Of a stretch of DNA of 64,000 nucleotides, positions 60,504 to 64,000 are shown piece after piece (the first letter of the stretch is position 1; each line of letters starts with the position of its first letter). The position numbers were made by a program, and so were the translations under genes. The DNA is taken from the NCBI GenBank assembly GCA_022511075.1, contig JAFLSE010000004.1:38187-102186 (forward strand), given 5' to 3'. The notes beneath the pieces were generated by a model. It was not told the origin of the DNA and made no database searches. It was given only the letters and a program-made list of their open reading frames with translations. Origin of the DNA: Prevotella sp. (GTDB lineage: Bacteria > Bacteroidota > Bacteroidia > Bacteroidales > Bacteroidaceae).

Positions 60504-60835
60504 TACTTAATTTCCTCCCCTGACTTTTTAGCGATACGTACTTTCTTACCGTCATCATTCTTCTTGATAGCCACACGTGTAGGCTTGCCGCTCTTTGGGT
60601 CTATCAAGCTAAGGTTGGAAATGTGTATAGGAGCCTCCTCCTTCACAAAACCACCCTGAGGATGCTTGGCGCTCGGCTTTGTGCTCTTGGTGACAATGTT
60701 CACACCCTCAACGATAGCACGCTGCTTGTCAACGAAAACTTTCTGCACCTTGCCAGTCTTGCCCTTATCATTGCCGGTAAGTACAACGACTGTATCGTTT
60801 TTCTTTATTTTCAACTTCATAACGTCTTGTATCAT
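60503..60835 (-). CDS. rplX: 50S ribosomal protein L24
   Basis: [18 protein letters not shown]; start could be 60820. Confidence 0.98.
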   Translation of the reverse strand: MIQDVMKLKIKKNDTVVVLTGNDKGKTGKVQKVFVDKQRAIVEGVNIVTKSTKPSAKHPQGGFVKEEAPIHISNLSLIDPKSGKPTRVAIKKNDDGKKVRIAKKSGEEIK

Positions 60836-60841
60836 TTAATA

Positions 60842-61207
60842 TTAAAGAACCTCGGGTGCCAAGGATACGACCTTCATATTAACGGCACGGAGCTCACGAG
60901 CCACAGGACCGAAAATACGGCTGCCGCGAATTTCACCAGCGTTGTTCAACAATACACAAGCATTGTCGTCAAAACGGATATATGAGCCGTCGGCACGACG
61001 AATCTCCTTCTTTGTGCGAACAACCAAAGCCTTAGATACTGCACCTTTTTTCAAATCACTTGATGGAATGACGTTCTTGACAGCAACGACAATAACGTCA
61101 CCCACACTGGCATAACGACGGCGCGTACCACCCAACACACGAATGCAGAGAGCCTCGCGCGCACCGCTGTTATCACATACTGTAAGTCTTGATTCAGTCT
61201 GTATCAT
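60842..61207 (-). CDS. rplN: 50S ribosomal protein L14
   Basis: DNSGAR, FDDNA, LAPEVL. Confidence 0.99.
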   Translation of the reverse strand: MIQTESRLTVCDNSGAREALCIRVLGGTRRRYASVGDVIVVAVKNVIPSSDLKKGAVSKALVVRTKKEIRRADGSYIRFDDNACVLLNNAGEIRGSRIFGPVARELRAVNMKVVSLAPEVL

Positions 61208-61209
61208 AA

Positions 61210-61476
61210 TTACTTAGCCTTTTCTACTATTTGTACTAACCTCCATCTCTTTGTCTTACTCAAAGGACGAGTCTCCATTATAAGCACAGTATCACCAATG
61301 TTTGCCTCGTTCTTCTCGTCGTGGGCGTGATACTTCTTTGTCTTCTGGACAAACTTGCCATAGATAGGGTGCTTCTCCTTGAACTTAGACGCAATAACAA
61401 TGGTTTTATCCATCTTGTTGCTCGTAACGACACCCTGTCTTACTTTTCTTAAATTTCTTTTTTCCATCTGGACCAT
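61210..61476 (-). CDS. rpsQ: 30S ribosomal protein S17
   Basis: [23 protein letters not shown]. Confidence 0.99.
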   Translation of the reverse strand: MVQMEKRNLRKVRQGVVTSNKMDKTIVIASKFKEKHPIYGKFVQKTKKYHAHDEKNEANIGDTVLIMETRPLSKTKRWRLVQIVEKAK

Positions 61477-61478
61477 TA

Positions 61479-61673
61479 TTATTTGTTAAGTTCTCTTTGA
61501 CGAAGTTCTGTCTTCATGCGAGCGATGTCACGACGTGTAGCCTTAATCTCTGATGGATTTGCCAGCGGCGAGATAGAATGATTAAACTTCATCTGGTCAT
61601 ATTTAGCAACCGTAGCTGCTATCTTCTCAACCAACTCATTGGTCTCAAGTGCCTTTATTTCCTCAGTCTTCAT
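61479..61673 (-). CDS. rpmC: 50S ribosomal protein L29
   Basis: [11 protein letters not shown]; operon position. Confidence 0.97.
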   Translation of the reverse strand: MKTEEIKALETNELVEKIAATVAKYDQMKFNHSISPLANPSEIKATRRDIARMKTELRQRELNK

Positions 61674-61675
61674 AA

Positions 61676-62104
61676 TTAAGCATTTTTATCGTAATCACGT
61701 CTAACAACAAACTTTGTCTTCACAGGAAGTTTCTGCGCTGCAAGGCGGAGAGCCTCCTTTGCGATGTCGAAAGGAACACCCTCAACTTCAAAAAGGATAC
61801 GTCCAGGAGTAACAGGCGCAACCCAGCCGGCAACATCTCCCTTACCTTTACCCATACGTACGTCAGCAGGCTTACGGGTGATTGGTTTATCCGGGAAAAT
61901 ACGAATCCACACCTGTCCCTCACGCTGCATGTAACGGTTCACAGCCACACGGGCAGCCTCAATCTGACGACTATCAATCCATTTTGGCTCGAGCGTCTTT
62001 ATACCAAAAGACCCGAAAGCCAATTGTGTGCCTCTGTGAGCGTTGCCCTTATTGCCACGTCCGTCCTGAGGCCTTCTATATCTTACTCTCTTAGGTTGTA
62101 ACAT
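61676..62104 (-). CDS. rplP: 50S ribosomal protein L16
   Basis: MLQPKR, RMGKGKG. Confidence 0.99.
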   Translation of the reverse strand: MLQPKRVRYRRPQDGRGNKGNAHRGTQLAFGSFGIKTLEPKWIDSRQIEAARVAVNRYMQREGQVWIRIFPDKPITRKPADVRMGKGKGDVAGWVAPVTPGRILFEVEGVPFDIAKEALRLAAQKLPVKTKFVVRRDYDKNA

Positions 62105-62130
62105 GATAGCTTCTTAATTTAATCTGTTAA

Positions 62131-62853
62131 TTACTTCTTCTTATTACGGAACTTTCTGCCACCATTGCCACCACCATTAGAGCGGCCGTTGCTCTTGTCC
62201 TGTGAGAAGTTAGGTGCCAAGTCGCGCTTGCCGTAAATCTCGCCACGGCAAATCCACACCTTGATACCGAGCAAGCCCACTTTCGTAAGAGCCTCAGCTT
62301 GGCAAAAATCAATGTCTGCACGAAGTGTATGCAGAGGAGTACGACCCTCCTTATACATTTCCTTACGAGCCATCTCGGCTCCGTTCAGACGTCCTGTAAT
62401 TTGAACCTTGATGCCTTCGGCACCAGCACGCATAGTGTTCTGGATAGCCATCTTGATGGCACGACGGTAGGAAATCTTTCCTTCCACCTGACGGGCGATG
62501 TTCTGACCAACGATAGTTGCATCAAGGTCAGGCTTCTTCACCTCGAAGATGTTGATTTGGATATCCTTGTCGTAGAGTTTCTTCAACTCTTCCTTCAGCT
62601 TGTCTACGTCTTGACCACCTTTACCAATGACGATGCCCGGACGAGCGGTACAAATAGTAATGGTGACCAGCTTCAATGTACGCTCAATGACAATCTTTGA
62701 AACGCTTGCCTTCTCCAAACGCTTGTTGAGATACTTGCGGATTTTCATATCCTCCACAATGTTGTCTCCGAAATTCTTGCCACCAAACCAATTTGAGTCC
62801 CAACCTCTAACGATGCCGAGGCGGTTGCTTATCGGATTAACTTTCTGTCCCAT
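62131..62853 (-). CDS. rpsC: 30S ribosomal protein S3
   Basis: [27 protein letters not shown]. Confidence 0.99.
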   Translation of the reverse strand: MGQKVNPISNRLGIVRGWDSNWFGGKNFGDNIVEDMKIRKYLNKRLEKASVSKIVIERTLKLVTITICTARPGIVIGKGGQDVDKLKEELKKLYDKDIQINIFEVKKPDLDATIVGQNIARQVEGKISYRRAIKMAIQNTMRAGAEGIKVQITGRLNGAEMARKEMYKEGRTPLHTLRADIDFCQAEALTKVGLLGIKVWICRGEIYGKRDLAPNFSQDKSNGRSNGGGNGGRKFRNKKK

Positions 62854-62861
62854 TCTACTAT

Positions 62862-63263
62862 TTATTTATCATTGTTTTTTGTGTCAACATACAGAGTGAC
62901 GTGGTTGGAACGCTTACGAATCCTGTAGCCACGACCCTGTGGTGCCGGTCTCATACGCTTCATTGTAACACCCTCGTCAACGAAAACGCGAGTGATGAAC
63001 AACTCACCATCTTCAGCCTTGCGGTCATTCTTCTGCTCCCAGTTGTTGATGGCTGAGAGAAGCAGCTTCTCTACATCAACAGAAGCAGCCTTCTTCGAGA
63101 ACCTGAGCACGCCGAGTGCACGATTCACCTCCATGCCACGTATCATGTCTACAACGTAGCGCATCTTGCGTGGTGAAGAAGGGCAGCCCTTGAGCTTTGC
63201 AAAATACTGTGTTTTAAGTGCAGCCTTTCTTTCTTCTGCCTTAATATGTTTTCTTGCTCCCAT
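62862..63263 (-). CDS. rplV: 50S ribosomal protein L22
   Basis: [20 protein letters not shown]. Confidence 0.99.
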   Translation of the reverse strand: MGARKHIKAEERKAALKTQYFAKLKGCPSSPRKMRYVVDMIRGMEVNRALGVLRFSKKAASVDVEKLLLSAINNWEQKNDRKAEDGELFITRVFVDEGVTMKRMRPAPQGRGYRIRKRSNHVTLYVDTKNNDK

Positions 63264-63295
63264 TTATTATTATTCTTTAATTTCTGGTGAACCTG

Positions 63296-63562
63296 TTATT
63301 TCTTGTTACCTGCATGGCCTCCGAAACGACGTGTCGGAGAGAACTCTCCGAGCTTGTGTCCCACCATGTTCTCGGTAATGTAAACAGGGATAAATTTATT
63401 TCCGTTATGAACTGCAACAGTGTGTCCCACGAAGTCCGGGGAAATCATTGAAGCCCTGGCCCAAGTCTTAACGACATTCTTCTTGCCACTCTCATTCATT
63501 GCAAGAATCTTCTTCTCGAGTGACACGTTGATATATGGACCTTTTTTTAATGAACGACTCAT
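63296..63562 (-). CDS. rpsS: 30S ribosomal protein S19
   Basis: [16 protein letters not shown]. Confidence 0.99.
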   Translation of the reverse strand: MSRSLKKGPYINVSLEKKILAMNESGKKNVVKTWARASMISPDFVGHTVAVHNGNKFIPVYITENMVGHKLGEFSPTRRFGGHAGNKK

Positions 63563-63579
63563 AATTTACGATGTTTAAA

Positions 63580-64000
63580 TTACTTCTTGTTTGCTCTTTC
63601 AATAATATACTTATTTGAATGCTTCTTAGGTGCGCGTGTCTTGAGACCCTTAGCATAGAGACCCTTGCGTGAGCGTGGGTGACCTCCTGATTGACGGCCT
63701 TCACCACCACCCATTGGGTGATCGTGCGGGTTCATAACAACACCACGGTTGTGAGGACGACGACCCAACCAACGAGAGCGGCCGGCCTTACCCGACTTCT
63801 CAAGTGCGTGGTCAGAGTTACCTACACTACCTATCGTTGCCTTACAAGCACTCAAAATCTGACGTGTCTCACCTGAAGGGAGCTTGATTACACAATAGCT
63901 ACCCTCACGAGATGTCAACTGAGCGAAATTACCAGCCGAACGAACAAGCAAAGCACCCTGTCCCGGACGCAACTCAATGTTGTGTATCACGGTACCTACA
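63580..64000 (-). CDS. rplB: 50S ribosomal protein L2, C-terminal part (runs off the window)
   Basis: [23 protein letters not shown]. Confidence 0.99.
   Translation of the reverse strand, partial: VGTVIHNIELRPGQGALLVRSAGNFAQLTSREGSYCVIKLPSGETRQILSACKATIGSVGNSDHALEKSGKAGRSRWLGRRPHNRGVVMNPHDHPMGGGEGRQSGGHPRSRKGLYAKGLKTRAPKKHSNKYIIERANKK

Noticed and set aside
25-63990. Many antisense and alternate-frame ORFs in the six-frame track (e.g. 439-891, 4714-5391, 39828-40532)
   Set aside because: They overlap well-supported genes, show no recognisable motifs and are expected shadow ORFs.

Overview
Chromosomal window from a Bacteroidales bacterium, most likely Prevotellaceae, judged from protein sequences, Bacteroidetes -33 TTTG / -7 TAnnTTTG promoters and Prevotella-type C-terminal sorting tails. 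The housekeeping backbone comprises era, der, mlaEF, metG, tadA, birA, pyrH, cca, priA, lpxH, tRNA-Lys, tdk, rsmI, luxS and, from 51.4 kb to the window end, the S10-spc-alpha ribosomal protein operon (rplB partial to rplQ). Accessory parts: (1) two AAA+/DUF4143 ATPase genes, each preceded by a pair of palindromes whose centres are 32 bp apart; (2) a hicB-hicA pair; (3) an IspD-like + SDR + LicD alditol-phosphate module; (4) a scrambled 18.2-20.6 kb hotspot with a PIN-toxin remnant, about 150-bp direct repeats around an Rpn nuclease gene, tandem repeats and a nested palindrome; (5) a SusC/SusD/Zn-peptidase/DUF4302 locus divergent from an M6 protease; (6) the strongest candidate system, a 45.7-51.3 kb island. 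The island encodes a twin-arginine-signal Cys-Xaa-Xaa-Xaa repeat precursor peptide, a radical SAM/SPASM enzyme, a degenerate rSAM/SPASM partner, a small accessory protein and its own tatA/tatC, behind a roughly 400-nt structured leader. Family assignments come from recalled motifs, not database searches. Several start codons were moved from the supplied ORF track.
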